Assembly (NCBI GenBank): GCA_965242725.1
Contig: CBDESZ010000021.1
Coordinates: 1-64,000 of the forward strand
DNA: 64,000 nt
Origin: Alkalispirochaeta sp.
GTDB taxonomy: Bacteria > Spirochaetota > Spirochaetia > DSM-27196 > Alkalispirochaetaceae
Direction of reading: 5' to 3'
Shown: positions 10,176 through 23,576 of the stretch, in pieces
Numbering within the stretch: the stretch's first letter is position 1
Layout of the letters: each line of letters begins with the position of its first letter
Program-made: the position numbers and the translations under genes
The notes under the pieces: generated by a model
Database searches by the model: none
What the model was told of the DNA's origin: nothing
The model's input: the letters and a program-made list of their open reading frames with translations, nothing else

Positions 10176-11404
10176 AAGCGCACGGTCGGATCGAGCTGCA
10201 CCCCGATCCATCCGCCGATATCACTCATATCCTGGGCGATCTGACCGATGGCAACATTCTCCGTCAATTCAGCAACCAGCCATTGTCGCCCTGAATAGGG
10301 AAACCGTGCCCCGTCACCGCCGATATCGACGCCAACCATCGCGTGGGCGTATTCCATGCTTACCATGAGGATCGCGTCAAAGCCGAGATGGTGAAGAAGG
10401 ATCGCATAGGTGATCCCCAGGGAGTCACAGTCTCCCGCAAAGTCCACCAGGCACGCCGAGGGGCTCATGAGATCGCTCAGGGACGGTGTCCTCCGGTATT
10501 CGGCACCCTGGAGCCAGGAAAGAATCGTAGCCGGCATCTCGTCCCGGGGGACACCTTCCCGGGAGAGGTCCATGAAGAGCGCCTCCGCCACCGGTTCCAG
10601 GCGGGAATAGTTGTCGCGGTAGATCATGCGAAAATACCGCCGCCACGCCGTCGCCCAGGGGGGAGGCGGCCCGTCGCCTATGCGGAGAGAATCACCCGCT
10701 TCCGGCGCATAGGCGCTGAGAACGCGCGCCTCCCGTTCAATCAGCGTCTCCGCGGCGTCTCTCACCTCTCCAGAGGCGACGCCGGCGGACAGGCTGAACT
10801 CCCGTCCCGACGGGAAGGTGAGAACCGCCCCGTTTTCAGTCCGCTCCCCCGTCGAAGGCAGAAAGAACTGGCTCACCGGTCCCGGATAGTTTCGGGTTAC
10901 ACCGTCGGGAGAAAAACTGTCCAGGGCGGAGAGCAGCAGATCGTGGTAGGCATCGTAATAGTCCTCGGGGACAAAGGTCATGACGGCAAAGTCGAAATCG
11001 TCGCGATTGAGAAAGGCCATGTATCCCCGGACGTCGTATGATCCGGTTGAAAAACGGTAGTCCGCGAAGATTGACGGTCGGTTGAGATACCGGAAGGGCG
11101 CACGATCGCCCTCCGCTTCATAGCTGACGCGGATGTACCGTTCCAGCTCCTCACTCGTCGCAAACTGATGTCCCGGAAAGGCGATAATCTGAAAGACCGC
11201 CACGTGGTCGGAATCGGTAAAGCTGATGAAGTCCGATCGCTCCCCGTCGAGGATTTCCCATTCCGCCGGAATGTCGATTATGTATTTGAAGTCGGGGTTC
11301 TGAAAGACCGTTTGCGCCGCCGCCGTCTGGACGAAGAACGCCGACAGAACGAGGGTGAACGCGAAAATAGTTCCACTTCGGAACCCCATCGATTTGATTC
11401 TCAA
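10172..11404 (-). CDS. Exported protein with a C-terminal transglutaminase-like (Cys-His) domain
   Basis: Signal peptide ending AAAQ; GDCDS ... HAMVGV ... WLVAELT; TTG start with AGGAG upstream (ATG at 11389 is an alternative). Confidence 0.7.
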   Translation of the reverse strand: MRIKSMGFRSGTIFAFTLVLSAFFVQTAAAQTVFQNPDFKYIIDIPAEWEILDGERSDFISFTDSDHVAVFQIIAFPGHQFATSEELERYIRVSYEAEGDRAPFRYLNRPSIFADYRFSTGSYDVRGYMAFLNRDDFDFAVMTFVPEDYYDAYHDLLLSALDSFSPDGVTRNYPGPVSQFFLPSTGERTENGAVLTFPSGREFSLSAGVASGEVRDAAETLIEREARVLSAYAPEAGDSLRIGDGPPPPWATAWRRYFRMIYRDNYSRLEPVAEALFMDLSREGVPRDEMPATILSWLQGAEYRRTPSLSDLMSPSACLVDFAGDCDSLGITYAILLHHLGFDAILMVSMEYAHAMVGVDIGGDGARFPYSGRQWLVAELTENVAIGQIAQDMSDIGGWIGVQLDPTVRF

Positions 11405-11455
11405 AATAGTCGTCTCCTGCTACTATATTCGGAAGATAAAGGGGATCAAATTAGC

Positions 11456-12832
11456 ATGCACGACGACGCCTCGACTGTCACTATCTCACCGGCATCCATT
11501 ACAGGTTCTTCCATTCGTGTCCCGTCGTCCAAGTCACACTCAATTCGGGCATTACTCATCGCCGCCGTCTCCGATGGTGTGAGCTCCATCCGCAATGTGC
11601 TGGACAGTGCCGACGCGCAAAGCTGCATCGCCGCAGTTCGCGCACTCGGCGCCGGCGTCACTGTTGAAGGCCGGTCCGAAACCGGTCTGGATGTGAGCGT
11701 GCGAGGGTCCGCGGAGACGTTCTTTACCTCGTCGGCACGGATCGATGTGGGAAACAGCGGCACGACGCTGTACCTTCTCACGGCGCTCGCCGCACTTTCC
11801 CGCAGGGAGGTCTGTTTTGACGGCGACGCGTCTATTCGCCGCCGCAGCGCCTCCCGGCTCCTTGATGCCCTGCGGACCCTTGGGGCCCGTATCGACGAGA
11901 AGGCGACATCGCCCGCGGGATGCGCCCCCTACTGCGTCGGCGGCCCCCTCGGGGCGGGCCGGAGCGTCACCGTCTACAGCCCGACGAGCCAGTACCTGAG
12001 CGCCCTGCTCCTCGCGACCCCCCTTATCCCCGGCCCCTCCGCCGGAACCTCCGCCGCGAAAGGGGCGGCAGACGCGACACCGACGGTCATTGATGTCGCA
12101 CTCCTCAACGAGCACCCCTACGTGGACATGACGTGCTGGTGGCTGGATCAACAGGAGATACCCTATCGCCGCGAGGGATATGCCCGGTTCATCATACCGC
12201 CGGGACAGCGATACCGCCCCTATTCGATGCAGCTTCCCGGCGACTACAGCTCCGCGACATTCTGGTTTTGTGCCGCCGCCGTCACGGGAACGGCGGTCAC
12301 CGTAGAGGGGCTCCTTCCCGACGACGTGCAGGGTGACCGGGGCGTCCTGGACATCCTGAAAACCCTCGGGTGCACCGTGGAATGGACGCCTTCAAAGAGT
12401 GGCGGCGGTGAGGTGGTCACCGTCTCGGGTTCTCCCGTACGGGGCGGTACCTTTGATCTCAACGCGATGCCCGACGCGCTTCCCGCACTTGCCGTCCTTG
12501 CCTGTTCCGCTCCGGAATCGATCACCCTCACCAACGTTCCCCAGGCTCGCCACAAGGAGACCGACCGCATCGCCGTCATGGCTACGGAACTCACCAAACT
12601 GGGCGGGCTCGTCCATGAACTTCCCGACGGGTTACAGATCGAACCAAAGGTTCTGCGGGGCGGACGAGTGATGAGCCACGGTGACCACCGCGTCGCAATG
12701 GCACTGGCGATTGCAGCCCTTGGAGCCGAGGCGGCGGTGACCATAGAAGATGCTGAAGCCGCGGCGGTGACCTATCCCGCCTTTTTTTCTCATCTCCATT
12801 CCCTCGCACCCGAAAGCGTGTCGCCACGATGA
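11456..12832 (+). CDS. aroA: 3-phosphoshikimate 1-carboxyvinyltransferase (EPSP synthase)
   Basis: PSSKSHSIRAL, VGNSGTT, SQYLSALLL, RHKETDRI, SHGDHRVAM. Confidence 0.95.
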   Translation: MHDDASTVTISPASITGSSIRVPSSKSHSIRALLIAAVSDGVSSIRNVLDSADAQSCIAAVRALGAGVTVEGRSETGLDVSVRGSAETFFTSSARIDVGNSGTTLYLLTALAALSRREVCFDGDASIRRRSASRLLDALRTLGARIDEKATSPAGCAPYCVGGPLGAGRSVTVYSPTSQYLSALLLATPLIPGPSAGTSAAKGAADATPTVIDVALLNEHPYVDMTCWWLDQQEIPYRREGYARFIIPPGQRYRPYSMQLPGDYSSATFWFCAAAVTGTAVTVEGLLPDDVQGDRGVLDILKTLGCTVEWTPSKSGGGEVVTVSGSPVRGGTFDLNAMPDALPALAVLACSAPESITLTNVPQARHKETDRIAVMATELTKLGGLVHELPDGLQIEPKVLRGGRVMSHGDHRVAMALAIAALGAEAAVTIEDAEAAAVTYPAFFSHLHSLAPESVSPR

Positions 12833-13512
12833 CGACGCAATTCGAAAGGCTCATTGAAATGGGGGATGTCCACATATTTGACGTCGACCATACCCTCACC
12901 AGCCACTCCACGGGTCGCCGCTTTGTCCAGGCGGGATATCGGGCGGGCGTCTTCACCCTCGCCCACATTGCAACGTTACCCCATTTTTACCTGCGATACC
13001 GCCTGGGCATGCTGGATATCAAGGACATCACCCAGGAAATAAAGGGGCTCACCGGGCGCAGTCGGACGGAAATCGACGCGATCTGCCGCGCCGCCTGGGA
13101 ACGCTACATCCACAACGACATCTATCCGGCGGCCCATGAATACCTCAGGGAGTGCAGGAAACGGAACAAGACTGTATTTCTCGCCAGTGCGAGTTTCGAT
13201 GTCATCCTGCGCCCCCTGGCCGCCCATGTCGGCGCGGATGAGGTCATTTCATCGATACTTGAATTTTCCGGAGATCGCGCCACGGGTTGGCTGGAGGGCG
13301 GCCCATGCTACGGGGACGTCAAGGCCCGGCGTATTGAGGCGGCACTGGAGAAGCACGGATTGACGCGGCAGCGTAGCGTCTTTTATTCGGACAGCTTTCA
13401 CGACCTGCCGAGCCTGCGCCTGGCGGGCAGCGCCGTCGTCGTCTATCCCGATACGCTTCTGCGCAGAACAGCGCGGCGCAACGGATGGCCAGTCGTCAAA
13501 TGGAACCGCTGA
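12829..13512 (+). CDS. HAD-IB family phosphatase (SerB-like)
   Basis: FDVDHTL motif I, SAS motif II, K motif III, YSDSFHDLP motif IV; ATGA overlap with aroA. Confidence 0.88.
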   Translation: MTTQFERLIEMGDVHIFDVDHTLTSHSTGRRFVQAGYRAGVFTLAHIATLPHFYLRYRLGMLDIKDITQEIKGLTGRSRTEIDAICRAAWERYIHNDIYPAAHEYLRECRKRNKTVFLASASFDVILRPLAAHVGADEVISSILEFSGDRATGWLEGGPCYGDVKARRIEAALEKHGLTRQRSVFYSDSFHDLPSLRLAGSAVVVYPDTLLRRTARRNGWPVVKWNR

Positions 13513-14467
13513 AGAGGTAGACCGCAAGGCCCACAAAAAGCGGGATGGTAACCAGGGAAACGAGATACGCGAAGAGTATCATGGAACCGGTATAGTGAAT
13601 TTGATCCCTTTTCCCATAGACCCTGGTTGCGACAAGGACGAGAGAAGCCGGCGGCATTGCCGCTTCCAGGACCAGGACGAGGCGAATCCCCCATCCCAGC
13701 GGGCCGGCAAAAATCGGTAAAGGCAGCGTGGCAACCGCAAGCATTGCCAGCGGAAACAGGACCAGCCGCCATCCCGCAAAATACCAGTGTTCGCGGTCAA
13801 ATTCCACCTTTTCACGGATACCCGCAAGGGCACCGCCCAGCGCCACAATTGCGAGATCGAGCCCCAGTTTTCCGAGCGTACCGCCGGCAGCCATGATCTT
13901 CCCGGGAATGTACCGATACGCCCCCGACATCGCGAGAAACAGTCCCGCCGCGAGTCCGATCAGGGGAGCGTTGATCCTGATCCTGAACGGCCGGAGCCGA
14001 AAACGACCGGTCTGTATCACCGATACCGCGACGGTCCACATGACCATGTTAAAGGCGAGCACGTAAAAGGCCATACCCACGATGATGGGCCCCGGTGTGA
14101 GACGGGCCAGAATGGGTAACGGGACAAAACCGGCGTTGTGTATCGCCGAAAGGAGAACAAACGACGTCGGCTCCTTCACCCACTGCGGCCGCAGGCGGAC
14201 GGCAACGTGGGCGAGCCACGCCTGGAGAGCCATCGACACGAGACTGAGTCCGAACATACCGAGCAGGAAGGGCCATCCCAGCTGGAGGGCGTCGTTCCAT
14301 CCCCTGGGTATGGAAAAGACAAAGTACAGGGGAAAGAGAATGTCCAGGACGAGGACGAGAAATTTCGGAAAGAGGCAGTTCTGCATTTTCAGGGGACGAA
14401 AGACGACAAAACCGGTACCTGCCAGGAGAATGAGAAGCGCCATCGTTTTCAAAAGCGTCTGAAACAC
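13496..14467 (-). CDS. AEC (auxin efflux carrier) family transporter
   Basis: About 10 TM, HNAGFVPLP, NAPLIG, LEAAMPPA motifs. Confidence 0.85.
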   Translation of the reverse strand: MFQTLLKTMALLILLAGTGFVVFRPLKMQNCLFPKFLVLVLDILFPLYFVFSIPRGWNDALQLGWPFLLGMFGLSLVSMALQAWLAHVAVRLRPQWVKEPTSFVLLSAIHNAGFVPLPILARLTPGPIIVGMAFYVLAFNMVMWTVAVSVIQTGRFRLRPFRIRINAPLIGLAAGLFLAMSGAYRYIPGKIMAAGGTLGKLGLDLAIVALGGALAGIREKVEFDREHWYFAGWRLVLFPLAMLAVATLPLPIFAGPLGWGIRLVLVLEAAMPPASLVLVATRVYGKRDQIHYTGSMILFAYLVSLVTIPLFVGLAVYLFSGSI

Positions 14468-14530
14468 TCCGAGACCATACCGGGCTTATCCCAGGATGAC
14501 AATATCGCCGGCTGTTATTACTTTTGTGGT
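14468..14530. promoter_or_regulatory. Compact bidirectional promoter with overlapping -35 boxes; both genes appear leaderless
   Basis: Minus: TTGTCA(14502-14497)-N17-TATGGT-N6-GTG. Plus: ATGACA(14496-14501)-N17-TACTTT-N6-ATG. Confidence 0.65.
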
Positions 14531-15358
14531 ATGGATATAAAACATACGATCACACTGAATAACGGAGTGGCCATGCCCGTCTTCGGACTGGGCGTATTTA
14601 AAGCGGAATCCGGCCGGGAGACGGCGGACGCCGTCCGGTGGGCCCTTGAAGCGGGTTATGCCGCAATCGACACTGCGGCGTTTTACGGAAATGAAGCGAG
14701 TGTCGGCAAAGGAATACAGGAGTCGGGTGTCTCACGGAGCGATGTCTTTGTCACCACAAAGGTCTGGAACACCGATCAGGGATACGACGCGACGATGAAA
14801 GCCTTTGATAAGAGCATGTCCGAGCTGCAGATGGACTACCTCGACCTCTATCTGGTTCACTGGCCGATCAAGGGGAAATACAAGGAGACGTGGAAGGCGC
14901 TGGAGGAACTCCACGCCCAAAAGCGTATCCGTTCCATCGGGGTAAGCAACTTTGAGCCTCACCATCTGGAGGATCTCATCGCGGACGCTAAGGTCGCCCC
15001 CGCGGTCAACCAGGTGGAACTCCACCCCTATTTGCAGCAACGCCACATACGTGAAGCGTGCGCAAAACACAACGTAGCGGTGACCGCGTGGAGCCCCATC
15101 GCCCGGGGAAAGGTTCTCGACGACGACGTCATCAAGGGCGTTGCGAAGAAACACGGCAAAAATCCCGTACAGGTAACGCTCCGGTGGGAACTGCAGCATG
15201 GGATCATAACCATTCCCAAATCGGTACACCGTGACCGCATCGTCGAAAACGCCGACATATTCGACTTCACCCTCTCCGATGAAGAGATGGCGCAAATCGA
15301 CGCCCTGGACCGGGGCAACGACGGCCGCATCGGCCCTCACCCCGACTCAATGTCCTAA
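14531..15358 (+). CDS. Aldo/keto reductase (AKR5, glyoxal/2,5-DKG reductase-like)
   Basis: IDTAAFYGNE, FVTTKVWN, DLYLVHWP, IGVSNF, NQVELHP, IPKS. Confidence 0.93.
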   Translation: MDIKHTITLNNGVAMPVFGLGVFKAESGRETADAVRWALEAGYAAIDTAAFYGNEASVGKGIQESGVSRSDVFVTTKVWNTDQGYDATMKAFDKSMSELQMDYLDLYLVHWPIKGKYKETWKALEELHAQKRIRSIGVSNFEPHHLEDLIADAKVAPAVNQVELHPYLQQRHIREACAKHNVAVTAWSPIARGKVLDDDVIKGVAKKHGKNPVQVTLRWELQHGIITIPKSVHRDRIVENADIFDFTLSDEEMAQIDALDRGNDGRIGPHPDSMS

Positions 15359-16129
15359 ATCAAAGGGATTGTCGCGATGAAGGGCGATGACGTTCCACAC
15401 GCGGCAATCCCGGAGCATCTCGCCGTCGTACAAGAGGCGATCGTGATTCCTGAACAGCCCGTACACCTCGTCATAGCCACAGCGCCGTAACTCATCTATC
15501 AGGTCATGCCGGTCATACCCGGCGTTCTCCGTATTGACGCAGGAAAACTCCATGAGTACCGGAGGACGATGGGTCCGAAGGGTCTCCCCGCCGCCCCGCA
15601 GGACGGCGAGTTCCGCACCCTCCACATCGATCTTTACGATATCCGGCGGCGGTATGATCCCTTTTGCGAGGAGGTCGTCCAGGGGACGCATGCGGACGGA
15701 GATTCGTTCAACCGCGGTCAAATGGTAGCGCTCCCGTTCTTCCGGAGAGCGTTCATAGAGTGATGAAAAGGTATCGTCATCGTAGACATCGATTTCGATC
15801 ATCCGGTCCTCATCACCAAGCGCAAGCGGCACAATGGTAACGTCCGCCTCGCCCCACAGCGCAAACGAGGCATTTCGCGTACCCGCCCCGGCGATAAGAC
15901 GGGAACGGGCTGCGGGCAGGGGCTCAAAGGCGACGATCCGCACGCCGCCCGCTTCGGTAAGGGCAGGGAGCGTTATTTCCCCGTCGTTGGCGCCGATATC
16001 GTATACCACAACGGGACCGCGGCGGGTTTCGCCCCCGGAACGCCCACGCCCGGCTGCCTCTTCTACCAGTCGGCCAAGCCAGTAGCGGACGTTGTCGTGG
16101 ATGTCGTCATATCCGTCGATGGTGTTCAC
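15347..16129 (-). CDS. FkbM family SAM-dependent methyltransferase
   Basis: YDIGANDG, AFEP, KIDVEGAELAVLRG. Confidence 0.9.
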   Translation of the reverse strand: MNTIDGYDDIHDNVRYWLGRLVEEAAGRGRSGGETRRGPVVVYDIGANDGEITLPALTEAGGVRIVAFEPLPAARSRLIAGAGTRNASFALWGEADVTIVPLALGDEDRMIEIDVYDDDTFSSLYERSPEERERYHLTAVERISVRMRPLDDLLAKGIIPPPDIVKIDVEGAELAVLRGGGETLRTHRPPVLMEFSCVNTENAGYDRHDLIDELRRCGYDEVYGLFRNHDRLLYDGEMLRDCRVWNVIALHRDNPFDLGH

Positions 16130-16202
16130 GGCGCAACTATATCAGCGGAAAGGTGTGGGCTCAACCTTGCCCGACAGCCCGTCTCCGGCGCACAATAGCC
16201 CG
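16130..16202. promoter_or_regulatory. Bidirectional promoter; both genes appear leaderless
   Basis: Minus: TTGAGC-N17-TATAGT-N6-GTG(16129). Plus: TTGCCC-N18-CACAAT-N6-ATG(16203). Confidence 0.6.
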
Positions 16203-17048
16203 ATGAATGAATGGAATGTGGAGACCATCAGGGATCTCCTTCTGGAAGCGGGGCGCATAGGCATGCGCCATTTTTCCGCACCCGAGACGGTTCACAAGAG
16301 TGACGCCTCCCTGCTTACGGTCGCCGACGGCGCGATCGAGGACTTTCTCACCGCCGAACTGGCCGGTGACGACGCGACGGTGGTCGGAGAAGAGCGCGTC
16401 GACGGGACAACCCCGGAAATGGTAGACGCAGCGCTTCACGGCGCAACGTGGGTAATAGATCCCATTGACGGGACCGCGCCGTACGCCAACCGCCTCCCCA
16501 ACTGGGGGGTATCAATCGGTCTCCTCCGGGACGGCGCATTCACCCACGGAGCGTGGTTTCTGCCCCGACTGGGAGAAATGTATATAACCGACGGTGACGA
16601 AGTTCTTTTTAACGAAGAAAGTCGTGATCCCCCATCGTGGGACTTTACACGGCTCCAGCCTCTCACGGCACCGGCTCCGCCCTTTTCAACGACGGGGATG
16701 ATCAGCCTGCCCCACGACGTGGTGCGAAACAGGCGCTTCACCGGCAAAAACCCCATTCAGTCGATCGGGAGTGCCGTGTACGCTTTTGCCCAGCTCCTGC
16801 GGGGCAGATATATCGGATGCATCACCAGCCTGAAACTGTGGGATATCGCCGGCGCCGTACCGATGCTGCGACGAAGGGGGTACCACATCCGTTTTTCCGA
16901 CGGGCGGGAACTTGGCGATACCGTCTCCGCCACGGACTGGGATCTTGACGCCGCAAGCGCGCGCCTCTGGAAGGCCCGAGGCGCGCTGTACGTCGCGCAC
17001 TCTGAAGAAACGCTTTCACATCTGCAGAAGCACTATCGGGACCGTTGA
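16203..17048 (+). CDS. Inositol monophosphatase family protein
   Basis: LTVAD, GEE, WVIDPIDGT, LWDIAG. Confidence 0.9.
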   Translation: MNEWNVETIRDLLLEAGRIGMRHFSAPETVHKSDASLLTVADGAIEDFLTAELAGDDATVVGEERVDGTTPEMVDAALHGATWVIDPIDGTAPYANRLPNWGVSIGLLRDGAFTHGAWFLPRLGEMYITDGDEVLFNEESRDPPSWDFTRLQPLTAPAPPFSTTGMISLPHDVVRNRRFTGKNPIQSIGSAVYAFAQLLRGRYIGCITSLKLWDIAGAVPMLRRRGYHIRFSDGRELGDTVSATDWDLDAASARLWKARGALYVAHSEETLSHLQKHYRDR

Positions 17049-17050
17049 AA

Positions 17051-20401
<3,351 letters not shown>

Positions 20402-22708
20402 TCACACCTCCCGTTGTTCCCTGAGATGAAAGAACGCCGCCTGGTAGTCCCCCGTCGGCGGGGGCAGGGGCAGTCCCGCCGTCTCCAGATAGACCGTCTC
20501 GTAGATCCGTTGAAGATCGGACTCCGCCGAGGGACCGCGGGTTTTGGTGATGAATTCGTTCCGGGCCGCCACGGTATACGCCGGCAGGCGAAGGCCGTGC
20601 AGGCGGAGCCGACCTACCGGACGCACGCCCCTTCGGAGCGGCCGGAACCAGAAGACAAAGGCTTCGCGTTCGTCGGCGGATACAACCATCCAGGAAAAGT
20701 CGCCGCCCCCCGGGGACCCACCCCGGCCGTCGGCAAGGGGTCCGGAAATCCGCACAAACCGCCCCCCGACGAGGGTTCCGCGAATACGCTTGTACACTTC
20801 TGCCCCGCCCAGATAGATCGCCCTGTCTTCCTCCGTCTCCCGGGCGGGATCCAGTTCAAACCCGAAGGAAAAGGCAAGAGCCGTCAGAACCCGCGTCGAT
20901 GCGGGTGTCACCCTCCCGACCTGATGGTTTGGAGCGGTTGAGACGTGGGCACCCATCAGCTCCGGCGGGAACAGGAGGGACGTTCCATACTGAATGGGGA
21001 GGCGCTCAACCGCGTCGGTCTGATCGCTGGTCCAGAAACGGGGAACGTAGTATGCCAGCCCGAGGTCCAGCCGTCCCCCTCCACCGGCGCACCCTTCAAA
21101 GAGCACGTCCGGGAAGCGCCGGGTCAACCGGTCCATGAGATCGTAGAGCCCCAGAACGTACAGGTGCAGCATCTCACCCTGACGTTCCGGAGGGAGAAGG
21201 GGCGAGGCCGCCTCGGTGAGATTCCGGTTCATGTCCCATTTCACGTAGTCCGGTCGCGCCTCACGGAGAACCGCCGCGACGGTCTCTTCAAGATAGTCCA
21301 CCACCGTCCCGTTGGAGAGGTCGAGAACGAGCTGATTCCGCGCCAGCGTGTGTTCCCTCCCCGCAACACCCACGACCCACTCCGGGTGCTCCCGGAAGAG
21401 ACGACTGTCGGGGGAGACCATCTCCGGCTCGATCCACAGTCCGAAATCCAGCCCTTCCCGGCGTACCGCATCGCCCGTCGCGCCGATCCCGTCGGGAAAC
21501 CGCTCCTCGTTGTACCACCAGTCGCCGAGCGACGAAGTGTCGTTCCGCCGGTCGGAAAACCAGCCGTCGTCAAGGACAAGGAGCTCCGCCCCTATTTCCC
21601 GTCCCCGTCGCGCCAGCTCGACGATGCGCTTCGCGTCAACATCATGGTACATCGCCTCCCAGCTGTTTATGACCACCTTCCGCGGCTCATCGCGCCATCG
21701 GGGCGGGACGACATTCCGGCGTACAAATCGATGAAAGGCATCGCTCATCCCTGAAAAACCGCCGTCGGAACAGACGAGCACCGCCGGGGGTGTATCAAAT
21801 GACCCGCCGGCCTCTACGGAAGCGGCAACACCGCCGATCCCCGCGGTCAAACGGGCGACCTCAAAGGGATCGGTGTCGCAGGCAATGCGAACATTTCCGC
21901 TGTAGGCCAATGCGATCGCCCGTACAAGACCGCGTCGCTCCGTCGCGTCCCTGTCGGCCAGGGCGAGAAAGGGTCCTCCCTGATGTCCGCCCGCACCGTT
22001 CCGGGAAGCCCGTTCAAAACGTCCCTCCGTCACGGGACGACGTACCACATGGCGTTCCCGCCCCCAGGCGCCGGAAAAGGAGATCACGTCGTGGTTGTCC
22101 CCGTCGAGGTCCACAGAAACCGATGCGGGATCGTGGAGTACAAACCCGTCGGCAGAGACATTTGAAAAGCGGCACCACCGTACGAGGGCGCTCTCCTCGT
22201 CGCCGACGAGGTAAAAGAGGTCAACCGCAACGTCACCTCTCGGATCTTTCAGTCGAACCCGAAGGGTTCTGAAGTGCCCGGCCTCTCCCCCGCCGGCAGT
22301 ACCCGACCCGGCATGAATCACAACCATGCCGGGCGGCTGGATAGGTCCCTCAAGTATTTCATACGACTCGTACTCCAGGCGGCATGCCGTGGTACCGTCG
22401 ACAAAGCGAATGCCGAACGCCCCGGAACGGCCGTCTCCCGTACCCCAGGCGGGATACTCCCGGGGCAGGCGTTCCAGTGAGAAAGGGACAGCTCCCTCCC
22501 GTCCCCCCGCTGAGGGGGCCACCGTCGGGAGGTATTCTCCCCCGGTGGGAGTGACTGCATACCCGGGGTCAACACTACCCGCCAGGGGCGGTCCCCAGTA
22601 CAGATGGGTCAGGAAACGACCGTCCAGGACGGCACAGGAATAGGAAAACCAGCGGCTGGTGAGGGTGAACTGCGGGCCCCACCCGTCCCGATCGATGACC
22701 GTGATCAT
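20402..22708 (-). CDS. Alpha-galactosidase, GH36
   Basis: NSWEAMY, LDDGWF, FGLWIEPEM, YVKWDMNR (nucleophile Asp), WTSDQTD. Confidence 0.93.
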   Translation of the reverse strand: MITVIDRDGWGPQFTLTSRWFSYSCAVLDGRFLTHLYWGPPLAGSVDPGYAVTPTGGEYLPTVAPSAGGREGAVPFSLERLPREYPAWGTGDGRSGAFGIRFVDGTTACRLEYESYEILEGPIQPPGMVVIHAGSGTAGGGEAGHFRTLRVRLKDPRGDVAVDLFYLVGDEESALVRWCRFSNVSADGFVLHDPASVSVDLDGDNHDVISFSGAWGRERHVVRRPVTEGRFERASRNGAGGHQGGPFLALADRDATERRGLVRAIALAYSGNVRIACDTDPFEVARLTAGIGGVAASVEAGGSFDTPPAVLVCSDGGFSGMSDAFHRFVRRNVVPPRWRDEPRKVVINSWEAMYHDVDAKRIVELARRGREIGAELLVLDDGWFSDRRNDTSSLGDWWYNEERFPDGIGATGDAVRREGLDFGLWIEPEMVSPDSRLFREHPEWVVGVAGREHTLARNQLVLDLSNGTVVDYLEETVAAVLREARPDYVKWDMNRNLTEAASPLLPPERQGEMLHLYVLGLYDLMDRLTRRFPDVLFEGCAGGGGRLDLGLAYYVPRFWTSDQTDAVERLPIQYGTSLLFPPELMGAHVSTAPNHQVGRVTPASTRVLTALAFSFGFELDPARETEEDRAIYLGGAEVYKRIRGTLVGGRFVRISGPLADGRGGSPGGGDFSWMVVSADEREAFVFWFRPLRRGVRPVGRLRLHGLRLPAYTVAARNEFITKTRGPSAESDLQRIYETVYLETAGLPLPPPTGDYQAAFFHLREQREV

Positions 22709-22714
22709 GGGCGA

Positions 22715-23575
22715 CTACTCTTTCACACCGCCAAAGGTGAGGCCTGCGATGAACTGCCGCTGCAGCATGAAGAAGACGATCACCGACGGAATCGCGGCGA
22801 CGACGGACCCGGCGGCGATAAGGTTCCATGAAATGGACCATTGTCCCCGCAGGGCCTGAAGGCCAAAGGTGATGGGCCGTGCCCGGTCGCTCTGGACGAG
22901 GGTGAGAGCCCAGAAAAAGTCGTTCCATACAAAGGTGAAGAGGAGCACCCCCAGTGACGCAAGGGCGGGTCGTATGAGGGGCAGTATCACCCTGAAAAAG
23001 ACGCCCATTTCCGTCGCCCCTTCAATCCGGGCCGACTCGATTAACGCCATGGGAAGATCGGCGATGAAGTTTCGCAAAAAGAAGGTGGCAAATCCGATTT
23101 GAAAGGCGGTGTGGAAAATGATGAGCGCCCAGAGGGTATCAAGAAGACCGATGGAGCCAAAGAGCGTCCGTACGGGGATCATGAGAATCTGAAAGGGTAC
23201 GAAGTTCCCGGCAATGAACATTGCGTACAGGAGTATCCGCCCCGGAAAGCGGTGAATTGCCAGGGTGTACCCCGCCATGGCGCTGAAAAAGATCGCAGAG
23301 AAGACCGACGGCAGGGTAATGATCACCGAGTTGGTGAAGTAGAGCAGCATGGGGCTGCGGTCCGGGTTGAAGACCTCCCGGTAGTTCTCCACCAGGTTGA
23401 ATTCACTCGGCCATCCCCAGTAGTTGCCTGCGATGATATCGGCATTGCCCCGTATGGAGGTGATCAGGATGGCGAGCATCGGCAGAAGCCAGAGAAAGAG
23501 AAGGATCGGCAGTGCCGTGGAATAGAGAACCCTCGTGACGGGGCTTGTTCGTTCTATGGGTGTTGGAAACATCAC
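22715..23575 (-). CDS. Carbohydrate ABC transporter permease (MalG-like)
   Basis: EAA loop IESARIEGA, FTFVWNDF. Confidence 0.92.
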   Translation of the reverse strand: MMFPTPIERTSPVTRVLYSTALPILLFLWLLPMLAILITSIRGNADIIAGNYWGWPSEFNLVENYREVFNPDRSPMLLYFTNSVIITLPSVFSAIFFSAMAGYTLAIHRFPGRILLYAMFIAGNFVPFQILMIPVRTLFGSIGLLDTLWALIIFHTAFQIGFATFFLRNFIADLPMALIESARIEGATEMGVFFRVILPLIRPALASLGVLLFTFVWNDFFWALTLVQSDRARPITFGLQALRGQWSISWNLIAAGSVVAAIPSVIVFFMLQRQFIAGLTFGGVKE

Positions 23576-23576
23576 G

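Noticed and set aside
11168..11455. Long N-terminal extensions in the ORF track (aroA from 11168, AKR from 14138, DUF4230 from 31272, oppA from 42654, FGGY from 46809)
   Set aside because: They overlap neighbouring genes and precede the family N-terminus; downstream starts fit promoter or SD signals.
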